NCBI GenBank assembly: GCA_951406725.2 | Contig: OX597820.1 | Span: 101,370,001 to 101,434,000 of the forward strand | Direction of reading: 5' to 3' | DNA length: 64,000 bases | Source: Octopus vulgaris | Lineage: Eukaryota | In this document: piece by piece, positions 40,753 through 54,480 of the stretch | Layout of the letters: every line of letters begins with the position of its first letter | Numbering within the stretch: the stretch's first letter is position 1 | Program-made: the position numbers and the translations under genes | Notes under the pieces: generated by a model | What the model was told of the DNA's origin: nothing | The model's database searches: none | Seen by the model: only the letters and a program-made list of their open reading frames with translations

Positions 40753-41159
40753 CTCTCTTTTACTCTTTTACTTGTTTCAGTCATTTGACTGCGGCCATGC
40801 TGGAGCACCGCCTTTAGTCGAGCAAATCGACCCCGGGACTTATTCTTTGTAAGCCCAGTACTTATTCTATCAGTCTCTTTTGCCGAACCGCTAAGTGATG
40901 GGTACATAAACACACCAGCATCGGTTGTCAAGCAATGCTTGGGGGACAAACACAGACACACAAACACACACATACATACATATATATACATATATACGAC
41001 AGGCTTCTTTCAGTTTCCGTCTACCAAATCCACTCACAAGGCATTGGTCGGCCCGGGGCTATAGCAGAAGACACTTGCCCAAGATGCCACGCAGTGGGAC
41101 TGAACCCAGAACCATGTGGTTGGTTAGCAAGCTACTTACCACACAGCCACTCCTGCGCC
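40753..41159 (-). mobile_element. CORE-type SINE copy
   Basis: Same family. Confidence 0.9.
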
Positions 41160-41914
41160 TCTGTTCATCATTTCTTGCTATCTCCACCTGCGACAGAATT
41201 TACACCAACAAGAGATGGTTGCTTCCATAGCATGATTCTATGTTATTGGGTATACCTCATGTTAGGCTCCTCAGCCATACTTTTCCATCTATGGGTCCTA
41301 TCTGTGGGCTAAATAGATTTTCGTAAGTGTAGATTGAGCTCCTTAGCTGCAGTGAAAGTAATCAATGTTGGAGAAGAACTCTAAAATTAATACCTATTTC
41401 TTTATTACCCACAAGGGGCTAAACATAGAGGGAACAAGCAAGGACAGACATAGGTATTAAGTCGATAACATCGACCCCCAGTGTGGAACTGGTACTTAAT
41501 TTATCGACCCTGAAAGGATGAAAGGCAAAGTCAACCTCGGCGGAATTTGAACTCACAACGTAACGACAGAAGAAATACCGTGGAGCATTTCGCCCGTCAC
41601 GATAACGTTTCTGCCAGCTCGCAACCTCTAAAATTAATACCCTCTTTCAACATGCTCTAAGCCAGCACGCAAGAGTATGGCTAATGAAACTAACATGAAG
41701 TAAGTCCAATAACACTGACAAGTCATTTAACCCCTTGGGGTTTGTTAGGGTACTGTAGCCATGCAGCATATCTAGGACAAGAAAGCTTAGCAGAGCCCAT
41801 CACTCTCAAGGCTAAACTCATTTATACAGCTGAGTGGACTGGAGCAATGTGAAATGAAGTGTTTTGCTCAAAAACACAACAGCCCAGGGATTGAAATCAC
41901 AATTTTATAGTTGT

Positions 41915-42238
41915 GAGTCCAACACCCTAACCACCAAGCCGTGTGCCTCCACTCAACATAGATTCATACTTTGAAAGCAACTATTTCATGCTGGGACACA
42001 TTCTGTTGCAAGTAGAGATAATGGGAAATGATGAACGGAATCAAGCACCTGTCACAGAATGAACATCAGATTGTTCGAGTCCAACACCCTAACCACCAAG
42101 CCGTGTGCCTCCACTCAACATAGATTCATACTTTGAAAGCAACTATTTCATGCTGGGACACATTCTGTTGCAAGTAGAGATAATGGGAAATGATGAACGG
42201 AATCAAGCACCTGTCACAGAATGAACATCAGATTGTTC
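41915..42238. repeat. 162-bp exact tandem duplication
   Basis: 41915-42076 = 42077-42238. Confidence 0.93.
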
Positions 42239-42577
42239 CAGGTCATAATGGATCTGGAATTAATCAGGATTAAGGGGTGATTCCACATTTCCCATTGCTC
42301 TAAAGCTCCCAAACTGGAGCCTCACTACTGGATGTTGTTTAACCCTTTGGAGATGGAACCTCATTTGGAATTTCAGTGCCAAGGAGATGGAGTCTCATTT
42401 GGAGCTTCAGTGCCAAAAAGACAGAACCCTTTTCACGAGCCCTACAGAGGGAATGCGCTTATTTTTTTTTTAAATTATAAAAAATAAAGTAATTACTTTA
42501 CACAAATAAAACTATTAGCTGTTCCTTCTAGCATGAAAGGAATCCTATGACGGATACCTCTTATATGTTTAAATGTA

Positions 42578-42633
<56 letters not shown>

Positions 42634-42639
42634 AAAACT

Positions 42640-43014
42640 ATTTGAGTAGAAAAATGAAATATCTTTTTATGGATAATTCGTTTAACCGATACCTGGGTAG
42701 CAAATTCACATCAGAAATAACACGGTTGAAGTTACGTGACTAGGGCAGAGACTACGTGTTTTCGTGTGGAAATTTTTGTGTTGATGACTGCTCCGTGAGA
42801 GCAGTCATCTAAAAGTTTTTGTGAATCTTGATGTTGACATAAATTCCTTGTTTTTCCTGATGAGAAAGCGGCATAATGTACTCCTTATTCCTTCACAATT
42901 AGGAATATGCAGCCTTTGAAGCATATGTCGAAAATAAAGGAAATTCGTTAATTTGTTGTTCAACTCCATTCTTTCATTTATTCATAAATTTTATAAAAAT
43001 ATATATAAAACTAT
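42640..43014 (+). mobile_element. hammerhead-bearing element inserted in (TA)n
   Basis: Bounded by the direct repeat ATATATAAAACTAT (~42628-42641 and 43001-43014). Contains an 11-bp perfect hairpin and the hammerhead. Confidence 0.6.
42842..42945 (+). ncRNA. type I hammerhead ribozyme (one core substitution)
   Basis: TTCCTTGTTTTTC-CTGATGA-G-AAAG...CTTT-GAAG-CATATG-TC-GAAAATAAAGGAA. Confidence 0.75.
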
Positions 43015-43710
43015 GTATATATTCTTGTAGGAAATTGAGTGAACTAATACAGTCTTCTTCGTCATTCGACTTTTCAGCCGATAGATTGGCCCTGTCATCT
43101 CCTAAGGGTTACTGTCATACCCAGCATATGTTACTGAGCTTCTTTACATTAGGGAAACATTTTTGAAGATGACAAAAGCCATTATCTTTAGCTTTTAATA
43201 CACTGATCTCTCTTTCGTCTAGTCTCCTGTATGTCTTTTAGTTTCTCTTACTCATTGTGTCCCAGCCCTTGGTGGAACACCACCTTCATGCGTAGGTCCT
43301 TATTTGTACTTTATTAAAGCATCTGACACATGAGCCAGTAAGGGAGCTTCAATGTAGTTGCTAAAGCTGCTAGAAACAGTAGCTATACTACACTCTCTTC
43401 ATGCTTATTGTTTTAAGATTTAAAAAAAAGAGGGACACATTAGATAATGTGGTCCTACTTATACTGTACCTGATGAGATATTCACAGTCAAACCACCTTT
43501 GTCAGAGATCTACTCAATCAGACCTAGCCTTGGGCTAAACAACATCAAAGGTCGATCCTCTATCATAATAGGGAAGTTTCTATTAAATCAGGACTAACTT
43601 AGGATTAAACAGTGACATCTAAACCATTTATCAAGATATATTATTAAAATGACATTTAAAATAAGAAAAAAAAAAGCAACCCAAATGGCTGTTGTTGGTG
43701 ATACATGTGA

Positions 43711-43914
<204 letters not shown>

Positions 43915-44325
43915 TGACATTTCAAACAAACTCTAGTTTCATTCTGTCTCAGTCCCACTGCATAGTGTCTTGGGCAAATGCCTTCAACAATAGCCTTGGG
44001 TTCAACCAAAGCCTTATCAGTGGATTTGATAGACAAAAACTGAAAGAAGTCCATTGTATATGTGTACATATGTGTGAGAGAGTGTGTGTGTGTGTGTGTG
44101 TGCACCTCTTTGCTTGACATTGTGCCATAGTTGTAAATGAGTGTCACCGTTATACAAGTGGTGTCTTTAGTTTCCAATCTTCTGTGAAAATGTCCATTCA
44201 TGGGAAAATATTACCTTGTTTGAAAACAAGTGAGGGTTGCTACAAGAAGGGCATCTGACTGTAGAAATTCTGCCTCAATAAATTCTATGAGACCCATGCA
44301 AAAGTGGGTGTTAAAATAGTGATGA

Positions 44326-44375
<50 letters not shown>

Positions 44376-45225
44376 CACACATTGCTGTTTAGCCTCAGGA
44401 AACATTTCCAGCTGGCTATATGACACAATACCTGTGTCCTTATTTATATATATATATATATATATATCTTTTATCTTTTACTTTTTTCACCAGAGCAGCC
44501 AAGTGGCTTCCATGCTGGTGGCACATAAAAGGGCACCATTCGAGAGTGATCGTTACTAAGGTGGCCTTACAGCCACCTGTGCTGGTGGCATGTATAAAAA
44601 GATTTGTGCGAGGTTGTTGCCAGTACCGCCTGACTGGCCCCCGTGCCGGTGGCATGTAAAAAGCACCCACTACACTCTCAGAGTGGTTGGCGTTAGGAAG
44701 GTCATCCAGCTGTAGAAACTCTGCCAAATCAAGATAGGAGCCTGGTGCAGCCATCTGGTTTGCTAGCCCTCAGTCAAAATCGTCCAACCCATGCTAGCAT
44801 GGAAAGCGGATGTTAAATGATGACGATGATGAGACTGTGGCCATGCTGGGTCGATTCATTTGTAGTCGAATGAATCAACATCAGTACTTATTTTTTAAAC
44901 CTGGTGCTTATTTTATTGGTCTCTTTTGCCAAACCGCTAAGTTGTGGGGGCACAGACACACCAATGCCGGTTGTCAAGCAGTGATGTGGGGAACAAACAC
45001 ACATAGACATATACTTATGACAGGCTTCTTTCAGTATCCGTCTACCAAATTTACTCACAAGGCTTTGGATGGCCCAATGCTATAGTAGAATACACTTGCG
45101 CAAGGTGTCACACAATGGGGCTGAATCTGAAAGCAAGCATCTTACTACACAGCCACACCTGCACATATGTATGTATGTATGTATGTATGTATGTGTATAT
45201 ATGTATGTATGTGTATATATATATA

Positions 45226-45274
<49 letters not shown>

Positions 45275-46056
45275 AGAGAGAGAGAGAGATACACACACAC
45301 GCATGCGGACTGTTTAGTTGACATAGACAAATGGTTTAACTTCATTTGTTACAGCAGTTATGACTGTAATACTTCAGTATGTTTCACAGTCTGGGAAAGA
45401 AAGATTAGTGGAGAAATGTGTAGGGCAGTGTTCAGGAAATGAGACAAAAGTAGGGATGATAGTAGAAGTAGTGTTATGTTTGTGAATTAAGTATTAGAAT
45501 CCTATGCAATTTGGTTGTTATTCTGAAAATGTATGATTCGGCTTATATTTTGTAGAGTTTAAATTGCTTTGTGTAAGGAAGACGTCTTCTTGGCATCTAT
45601 TTCTGATGATACATACATACATACGTGTGTGTATACATACATACATACACACATACATATATACATACGTGTGTGTATATATATATAACCTGAACTAACT
45701 AGATGTAAGGGAGAAAAGAAAAAAAAAGATAAGTAATAGTAAAACAAAAGTTTTGTGATATAGAGATAAATGTCTGATAATAGGTTTTAAAGTTTTGTCT
45801 TGCGGGGTGAGGGTCGTAAATCACTTCCTAGTTTCGGCGGGGGTGGGGGTGAAATTTGATATTGTTGTGATGAGTGGTCAGTCTACATCCATCCATCACT
45901 ACAGGTTTATAGCTTTAAGTTTATAGTATGTATGTGCATGCATATACACACACATACATACATACACACAGGCGTACGTACGTACGTACGTACATACATG
46001 CGTGTATACATACATACACACATACATACAATGAACTAACTGTTACTTTCTCAGAT

Positions 46057-46256
46057 GCAGCACGGATTTTTGTTAGTGAACAGGTCGCTGTCTTATAGCG
46101 ACGAAAATATTTTGAAAAATTAAACTTAAATGTTGAAGTGAATCGAACAGCTTTTGTGTGTTTCTTAAATGGCTTACAAACACCTTCCACGCTGCAATTG
46201 TTTTCGTTCCAGCACACAATCTCAGATCAAATCACTTGCTATGCGAGTACATCTCC
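46057..46256 (+). mobile_element. ~200-bp hammerhead-bearing repeat, copy 2
   Basis: Inverted homolog of 26328-26525, CpG-rich relative to its flanks. Confidence 0.75.
46067..46119 (+). ncRNA. type I minimal hammerhead-like ribozyme with G3:C8 core variant
   Basis: TTTTTGTTA-GTGAACA-G-GTCGCTG(TCTTA)TAGCGAC-GAAA-ATAT-TT-TGAAAAA. Confidence 0.6.
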
Positions 46257-46809
46257 GTATTTCTGATGAAGATTAGGAAAAGTATTAAATATAAACTAAA
46301 CTAAAGTAAAGTAAAACCAAATACAGTTTGGTAAAGGAAAGGGACATGGAATTTAATGGATTTAGTTGAATGTGACAGTTCAGATGAGCAATACCTGGTG
46401 TGGTAGATGAGGCAGAGAGAAACTTCATCCATTACTCCAGATTGTATGCTTTGATCTTTTAGTAGAGAATACTAGCAAGTTCATTTGTAGAAAGTGGTGC
46501 ATAATTTAGGTTCAATCAGTAAGCTTGTTGCTTTTTTTTGTTTCAAATATCTGCTTGTATTGGCTGATATAATTTTACATTGAAACCTTTAGCTTTATAG
46601 TGAGTCAGTGCTTGTGAAATGCAAGGTGAATCCAGGTTTTGTGAAATGATGTCAGCTACTGACAAATGAAACATATGACTCGGAAGAGGACATCTAACAT
46701 TTTTGATACAATCTTAGCTGTATGGATAATATAGAGCATTCTTCAAGGGATGTTTAATCCTAGAAGAGTCTTGAAGTTTGACGTAAAAGTAGAAAATTGT
46801 AAATTTTAA

Positions 46810-46974
<165 letters not shown>

Positions 46975-47843
46975 TAAATTGTTTTAAAATTTGTTGTATT
47001 TGTGTTAATGTTTAATACTGAAACTTCAGATAATTTCCTAAATTTGGAGAAAAATAGATGAAGTTAGAAGTCATATGCAAATGATTCAGCATATGTGTCG
47101 TCATCATCATCATCATCGTCATTGTTATTGTTGAGTCTTCTTCAAATATGTTTCATTTCAATCTTTAAAATTCATGCAATTGTTTGGTGTATGAAAAATA
47201 AAATGACTTACAATCATCTGATATTAGAAGTTTGAATACTTTTGTAAAGGAATTTGTTAAAATTGGATTTGCTACTTAATCTCTCGAAAACAACAGAAAG
47301 AGGAAGATATAAAAAGTGGAATGTGATATTGAGTTGATTTATCAAAAACTAAATTAAAATGTTTTGGGTATCACAAGGGCCAGTTGGTGAAAGGTCATCA
47401 AGTTGGCTGTGGAGACAACAGAGATTGGTGCTGTTTATCAGAAGATGCAAGCCTCAAACTGGGTCTTGATCGACACCGGTTGGATTTACCCGGGTGAGGT
47501 TGTCTGAGACTGAAACACCCAAAACACTTAATGACCCGAAGAAACACCACAGATGGTGTGTCTAGGTGCATCAAAGGATGATGTATGAAAAAACTAAATT
47601 AAATTTTGCTGCATGTTTTTTATAACTTGCTCACTCCCTTTTATTATTGTTTAGTAAGACATTTTTTTTCACTTTATTCGAAAATTGAAGTCACAGAAGA
47701 CTGAGTTGGATGAGATTTAACTTCAAATTGAAATCCCCACCCTTTGTTTTGATTAGAATTGAATTAAATGAAAGTTTGTACTATTTGTTTTAAATCTTTT
47801 TTTTTGTTTTGTTTTTTTTTTTTTGCAATTAATAATCACTTGA

Positions 47844-47978
<135 letters not shown>

Positions 47979-48882
47979 TAGTTCGTCTAATTGATTTTTT
48001 TTTATTGGCATTAATTAGTAACAGTTGATGATTATATATTATTGAGTATTTATGTTCTGCATATTATGCAGAAAGAAGCCTTGATCATGGCTTGTGATAA
48101 GTGTGTGTGTGTGTGTGTGTGTGTGTGTATTATAATTATATGGTAAAATGTTCTCCATATTTAAAAGGTGGTCTGGGTTTGATTCCTATTCAGTGGTGGT
48201 GGTGGTGGGGGTGTTGTGATCCCAGGACTCAAGACTGTTGTGTTCAGGGAGGACTTTATTTACTTTTCTTATATTACCCATGATCTTTACAACCTGAACT
48301 ACTTCACTAAAGACATAGCAGTGTCACCGAATGAGTGATTATTATAAAGAATTCAGAGAACCTCATTAGAGATATGTGATTGAAAACATACTCCTCTGTG
48401 TTTATAGAAGTAGATACAGCCACTGAACGATAGAAGAACATGCTCCTACCTCCAAGATTAAAGACCTTAAAAACCTAGAAAACCTTAAACTTTACATTCT
48501 TGAATTAAATTTTACATTACTGTCTTGATTCCTTGAAGTGAAATGAAGTGTTTTGCTCAAGAACAGAATGCACTGTCCAATCTGAGAATCAAAACTGATT
48601 TTGCTTTTGTAAATGCAACATCCTCCAGAACAAGCTTAAAACTGGCGCTAAAACTGCTAAGCATCCTCCAAAATACTGATTTTCTTTTTTAATAAGACTA
48701 AACATTTTTATGGGTTAGACAGTAGCTTATACATGCAATTGTTCAGTAATGGCATAACAAGTGACTTTATGGATGCTAGCCCACAGATCTGTTACAGCGT
48801 TAATAAGGAAGCACAAGATACATTGTAACAGGCTTAAATATCTCTAAAAAATGCAAAATAACATACACAGTCATGCAATCAT

Positions 48883-49222
48883 AGGCTCAGGTGTGGCTGT
48901 GTGGTAAGAAGCTTGCTTCCCAACCACATGGTTCAGGGTTCAGTCCCACTGCAGGCCAGCCAAAGCTTTCTGAGTGAATTTGGTAAACAGAAACTGAAAG
49001 AAGCCTGTCATGTGTGTGTGTGTGTCCCCTTGTCATTACTTGACAACCAGTGTTGGTGTGTTTATGTCCCTATAACTTAGCAGTTTGGCAAAAGACAACT
49101 GATAGAATAAGTACCAGGCTTAACAAAAAAAAAAAAGTACTGGGGTTGACTCATTCCCCTAAAAGGTTCAAAGTAGTGTTCCAGCATGACTGCAGTCAAA
49201 TGACTAAAATAAGCTAAAGAAT
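48883..49222 (+). mobile_element. older CORE-type SINE copy
   Basis: Same family with the CORE segment deleted. Confidence 0.8.
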
Positions 49223-49480
49223 AATCACATTGAGGAAGGACAATATGTAAACATTCAGCTCTTTTGGCATTTAAGTCTTTATAGTCAAATTTTTCTGGCT
49301 GTTGCATAAGATTTAAATACTGGTTCACACAAAACTTTTAGAAAGTTGAATGAAAAAAAATGTCCCCGACATGAACATTGGTTCATGCCACCAGCATATT
49401 TGTTATTTGTATTTTTATACTAACATGGGTTGGGCGAGGCAGCATTTTATGGCCAGATGCCCTTCCTGTTGCCAGCCCGT

Positions 49481-49890
49481 ACTCTCTTTACTCTTTTGCT
49501 TGTTTCAGTCATTTGACTGCGGCCATGCTGGAGCACCGCCTTTTAGTCGAGCAAATCGACCCCGGGACTTATTCTTTGTAAGCCCAGTACTTATTCTATC
49601 GGTCTCTTTTGCCGAACCGCTAAGTGACGGGGACGTAAACACACCAGCATCGGTTGTCAAGCAATGCTAGGGGGACATACACAGACACACAAACACACAC
49701 ATACATATATGTATATATACATATATACGACTGGCTTCTTTCAGTTTCTGTCTACCAAATCCACTCACAAGGCATTGGTCGGCCCGGGGCTATAGCAGAA
49801 GACACTTGCCCAAGATGCCACGCAGTGGGACTGAACCCTGAACCATGTGGTTGGTTAGCAAGCTACTTACCACACAGCCACTCCTGCGCC
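49481..49890 (-). mobile_element. CORE-type SINE copy
   Basis: Same family. Confidence 0.9.
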
Positions 49891-50608
49891 TTGATATTAA
49901 ATTAAAAGATATTCTTTTATTTCACTAGACATTGAAAGTGCAAAGCAGGTGTGCTTCATAATATCAACAAGATGTTGACAAATATTAGCATTGACTTACA
50001 TTGGCCCACACAATGCGCCTTTAAGCTATTCTATCTACCATTTCCATTCACAAGGCATTAGTTGACCCAGGGCTATAGTAGAATGTGCTCTTTGGAACTG
50101 AACCCAAAATTACATGACTGTACAATGAACTGTTTAACTGCCCAGCCATACCCATATCTATACAGTATTGTAAACTATAAAGAATAGCATAATTAAATCT
50201 CAGATTTGTTTCTTAGCAAGAAGATTCCTTTTGGTCACCCTAAAAGTGAGCAGGTTTAAATCCAGGCTTTTGCTTTAATATCAGATCTTCAAAAGAAAAA
50301 CTTGTAAACTTGCATTTCATTTTTAAGAGTGTTAAAAGACCTGACTACACAAATGGTAGCAGAAAATGTGAATTGTGCACTGTAGGGGAAAGACTTATAC
50401 TGAAAAATTCCCTGCAGCTAGCAATGTATTTTAAATGCTAATTTTGAGGTATTTGCTAATAGTAAACACATTAAGTTTAAATTAGACAATTGAGCACAGA
50501 CAGGTCGAATTCAAAATTTTGTTCATGCAGGTGTGAGAGTAGTGAGTGCATAAACGATAAATTTAAGAATATCTGATTCCTTTTCATCTTTTCTGAAAAT
50601 TTACTAAT

Positions 50609-50998
50609 AGGCACAGGAGTGGCTGTGTGGTAAGTAGCTTGCTAACCAACCACATGGTTCCGGGTTCAGTCCCACTGCGTGACATCTTGGACAAGTGTCT
50701 TCTGCTATAGCCCCGGGCCGACCAATGCCTTGTGAGGTGGATTTGGTAGACGGAAACTGAAAGAAGCCTGTTGTATATATATATATATGTGTGTGTATGT
50801 GTTTGTCCCCCCAGCATTGCTTGACAACCAATGCTGGTGTGTTTACGTCCCCGTCACTTAGCGGTTCGGTAAAAGAGACCGATAGAATAAGTACTGGGCT
50901 TACAAAGAATAAGTCCCGGGGTCGATTTGCTCGACTAAAGGTGGTGCTCCAGCATGGCCGCAGTCAAATGACTGAAACAAGCAAAAGAGTAAAGAGAG
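50609..50998 (+). mobile_element. CORE-type SINE copy
   Basis: Same family. Confidence 0.9.
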
Positions 50999-52593
50999 TT
51001 GTATATAATCATATTCATAAAAAGTTAATTGGGCTATATATCAAGGGACACAACTCTGTTGGCATATTTATCAGTTATTTATCTTGAGAATATGAAGTTC
51101 CACCCCCGCCTGTGTGTGTATCTTAGTTTTACGACGTATTATTAGGAGAGACTCTCTTACTTTTTGGAATATATGAACACTTAACTGAAATGTTTTTTGA
51201 GACATGTTATTTTTTTTTTTTTTCAAATTCAGAAAATTTCAGTTGAGTTTATATATATCCAATAAGATAGCAAGTCTGTCCTTAATCATACACATGCAAA
51301 CATTGTATTCTAATATTGTCATTATATTTCAAATTAAGATTCACAATAACATTTAACACTCTGTCATCCATACATCTGTCTGTGTAACCTTCTAAATATG
51401 GCATACCCTGCATTTCACCTCAGTCATAAGCAGCCAAGGGCGAAAATCAGTGTAGGTTAATTTTTCATATGATAAATATGCAACGGCCACGATCGGATGG
51501 TGCTTTTTACGTGCCACCGGCGCGGGAGCCAGTCGAGGCTGGCAACGGCCACGATCGGATGGTGCTTTTTACGTGCCACCAGCACGGAGGCCCGTCTGGG
51601 GGATGTCACAAAAGTCTCTGTTCAATAATACTCAGTATTAACTGTGAATTCAACCAAATCACTGAGTCCAAAAATATTTGATAGGTAAACACTTGGCTGT
51701 GTAGTCCAGAAGTTCGCTTCTCAACCACACAGTTGTTAGGGGTCAGTCCTGCTTTACAACACCTTGGGTGTCCTCTACGACAGCCTCAGACCAGTCAAAA
51801 TCTTTGGAAGAATTGGGGAACCTGAAACAAGCCCATTACGCACATATTAATAACAGTTTGATTCAGTACCATGCAACATGGCCATCTTCCAAAGATTTAT
51901 GCATTTGTCAAACAAATCGAACTAATCAGAGCCTGGTGAGTTATGTTCATTTAACAAGCCCACAAAACTTTCAAGTTGCTTGAAGCTAAATCAAACTGTT
52001 ATCAAATGATATATGTAACCCCAATCGAATGTGTTGAGTGTCACTTTCTTTTTGTTATCTGCTCTGTGTGTGTATGTGTACATTTGTGCTCTCAGAAAGC
52101 TGAGAGTGATGGTGGTGGTGGTGTTGTCACTTCTATCGACAAACCATCTGTTTACTTCACACCTTTGAAGTGTCAAATGGTTGGTCTCATGAAAAAATAG
52201 ATAAGAGTTAGTAACAAGGAGGGTAGCCATCTGTAAAGCAATGCCTCAGTGATATATTCATCTAACACATGCAAGATAGAAAAGCAGATGATGCATTTAA
52301 ATATATGTGTGTGTATGTGTGTCTATATATGTATAACTTGGACAAAATTTTTCTTAATTCTGTGTTCAAATATGGCTAAGTGTTGTCTTCATCTTCTACA
52401 TTCAGATGTTAATAAGTACCAATAATACACTTATATTAAGTTTTATTTTATATTCATGATATTGATTTGACTTTGTCTTAGCACAAAGCTATTTTTTTTC
52501 AATGATTTGTATTAAATGTTACAATGGATCGCAGTTCCAAATGTGAATTTTTATCATTTTCATATAAACAATTAATATGATATAATATTCTAA

Positions 52594-52824
<231 letters not shown>

Positions 52825-52889
52825 GAACTAAGTCAAACCTATCTTAAAACTTAGGAAAAAAAAAAAAAAAGAGAAAAAGATAAATATAT

Positions 52890-52895
52890 AATAAA
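52890..52895 (+). promoter_or_regulatory. candidate polyadenylation signal AATAAA of the FAM135 gene
   Basis: First AATAAA, 66 nt after the stop. The context is AT-rich, so it may be chance. Confidence 0.35.
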
Positions 52896-53869
52896 ACAGC
52901 TTTTATTGATAGTTATCATTAATTATGGTAACTTCTTAAGTTTGGAATATTTCCCCAGTGGTCTTGAATACTTTCTGTCCATTTTTGCCTGCTGTCACTA
53001 TCAGTATTTCAACTATAACTAGGTTGCCACAACTGAAATTCTATCATTGGGAGTTCAGGATCGTACTAATATTCTTCCACTATCTGGGAAATCAACTTGT
53101 CAATTTCTTCCAAATACACAATTTTACCAAAAAAAAAAAAAAAAGTGTTTATTTGGTTTTTATCCTTCCTCAAGTGCCTTTGTGTTTATGTATGATTGAT
53201 ACAAAAGGGATTGCAGTCAAATGAATTAGATACATGCTTCATATTTCATCCTTGTTTTGCAATTATTAATACATTTTTAGCCACAGGCATGGTTGTATGG
53301 TTTGCTTCAGAACCATGTGGTAAGGGGTTCTGGCCCACTGCATGAATGTTGTTGAGTAATGTTGTATACTATATCCATGAGCTGACCAATTACTTTGAGT
53401 GAAATTGGTAAGCAGAAACTGAGGAAGCTTGATATTTATTTCATCATCGTATAACACTCATTTTTCATGCTGGCACACACACACATCATCATCATCGTTT
53501 AGCGTCCACTTTCCATGCTGGCATGGGTTGGACGGTTCAACTGGGGTCTGGAAAACCAGAAGGCTGCACCAGGCCCAGTCTGATCTGGCAATGTTTCTAC
53601 GGCTGGATGCCCTTCCTAATGCCTACCACTCTGTGAGTGTAGTGGGTGGCTTTTACGTGCCACCAGCACAGGTGCCAGACGAGACTGGCAAACGGCCACG
53701 ATCGGATGGTGCTTTTTACGTGCCTCCGGCACGGAGGCCAGGCAAGGCTGGCAACAGCCACGATCGGATGGTGCTTTTTACGTGTCACTGGCACGGAGGC
53801 CAGGCACACATATATAAAATAAGATGGAGAAAGTTCAGAAAGCATCTACATCTGTTGACAACCAAAAGT

Positions 53870-54480
53870 TTCTTCCTGAGTGAAGGGAAGATTGTATGAT
53901 GCATATGAACAACAATATATGGTAGTGAGATGTGAGCACAGATTGCAGAGGACCTTCAAAGATTAGAGAGGAATAAAACTAGTATGTACTGCAAGATGTG
54001 CAATGTCAGTGTACATGTGAGACAGTGCTAGTGCATTGATGTACAAATTAGGAGTAAAAGGAGTTGGAAGCTGTGTGCAAGAGAGAGGACTGCATGTTTT
54101 GGTCATGTGATGCATATAGATGTAGACAGTTCCATACAGAAGTGCCAATTTCTTAAAGTGGATGGAACCTGTGGAAGAGAGAGACATGGGATGAAAGACT
54201 AAAGGCCAATCTCATGACACTGAGCCTTCCAAAGATGTGAAAGGACCAACATACCTGGCACCTTGCTGTACTCAAGAAGACTTGTCCACCACACCAGAAT
54301 TGATACTAGTGCTGGTGCCATATAAGAAGCACCTAGTACACTTTAGGAAGAGTATCAAGCCTTAGAAGCTATGCCAGAATAATGTAGCCTGGTGTGACCC
54401 CCCCCACTCTCTGTCTTACCTGCTCTTGTTAAACAGTCCAAACCATGCCAGCATAGAAAACATGTTAAATGATGTTGATA
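53870..54480 (+). mobile_element. decayed RTE LINE 3' end
   Basis: Homologous to 32480-33022, frameshifted. Confidence 0.75.

Noticed and set aside
40925-41312. Recurrent ORFs such as 'SVSVYQIHSQGIGRPGAIAEDTCPRCHAVGLNPEPCGW'
   Set aside because: Antisense translations of the CORE-type SINE, repeated at every copy.
53640-53803. CRISPR-like repeat/spacer look of the ~62-bp units
   Set aside because: Eukaryotic context, no cas genes, and 'spacers' homologous to each other. The units belong to an RTE 3' UTR.
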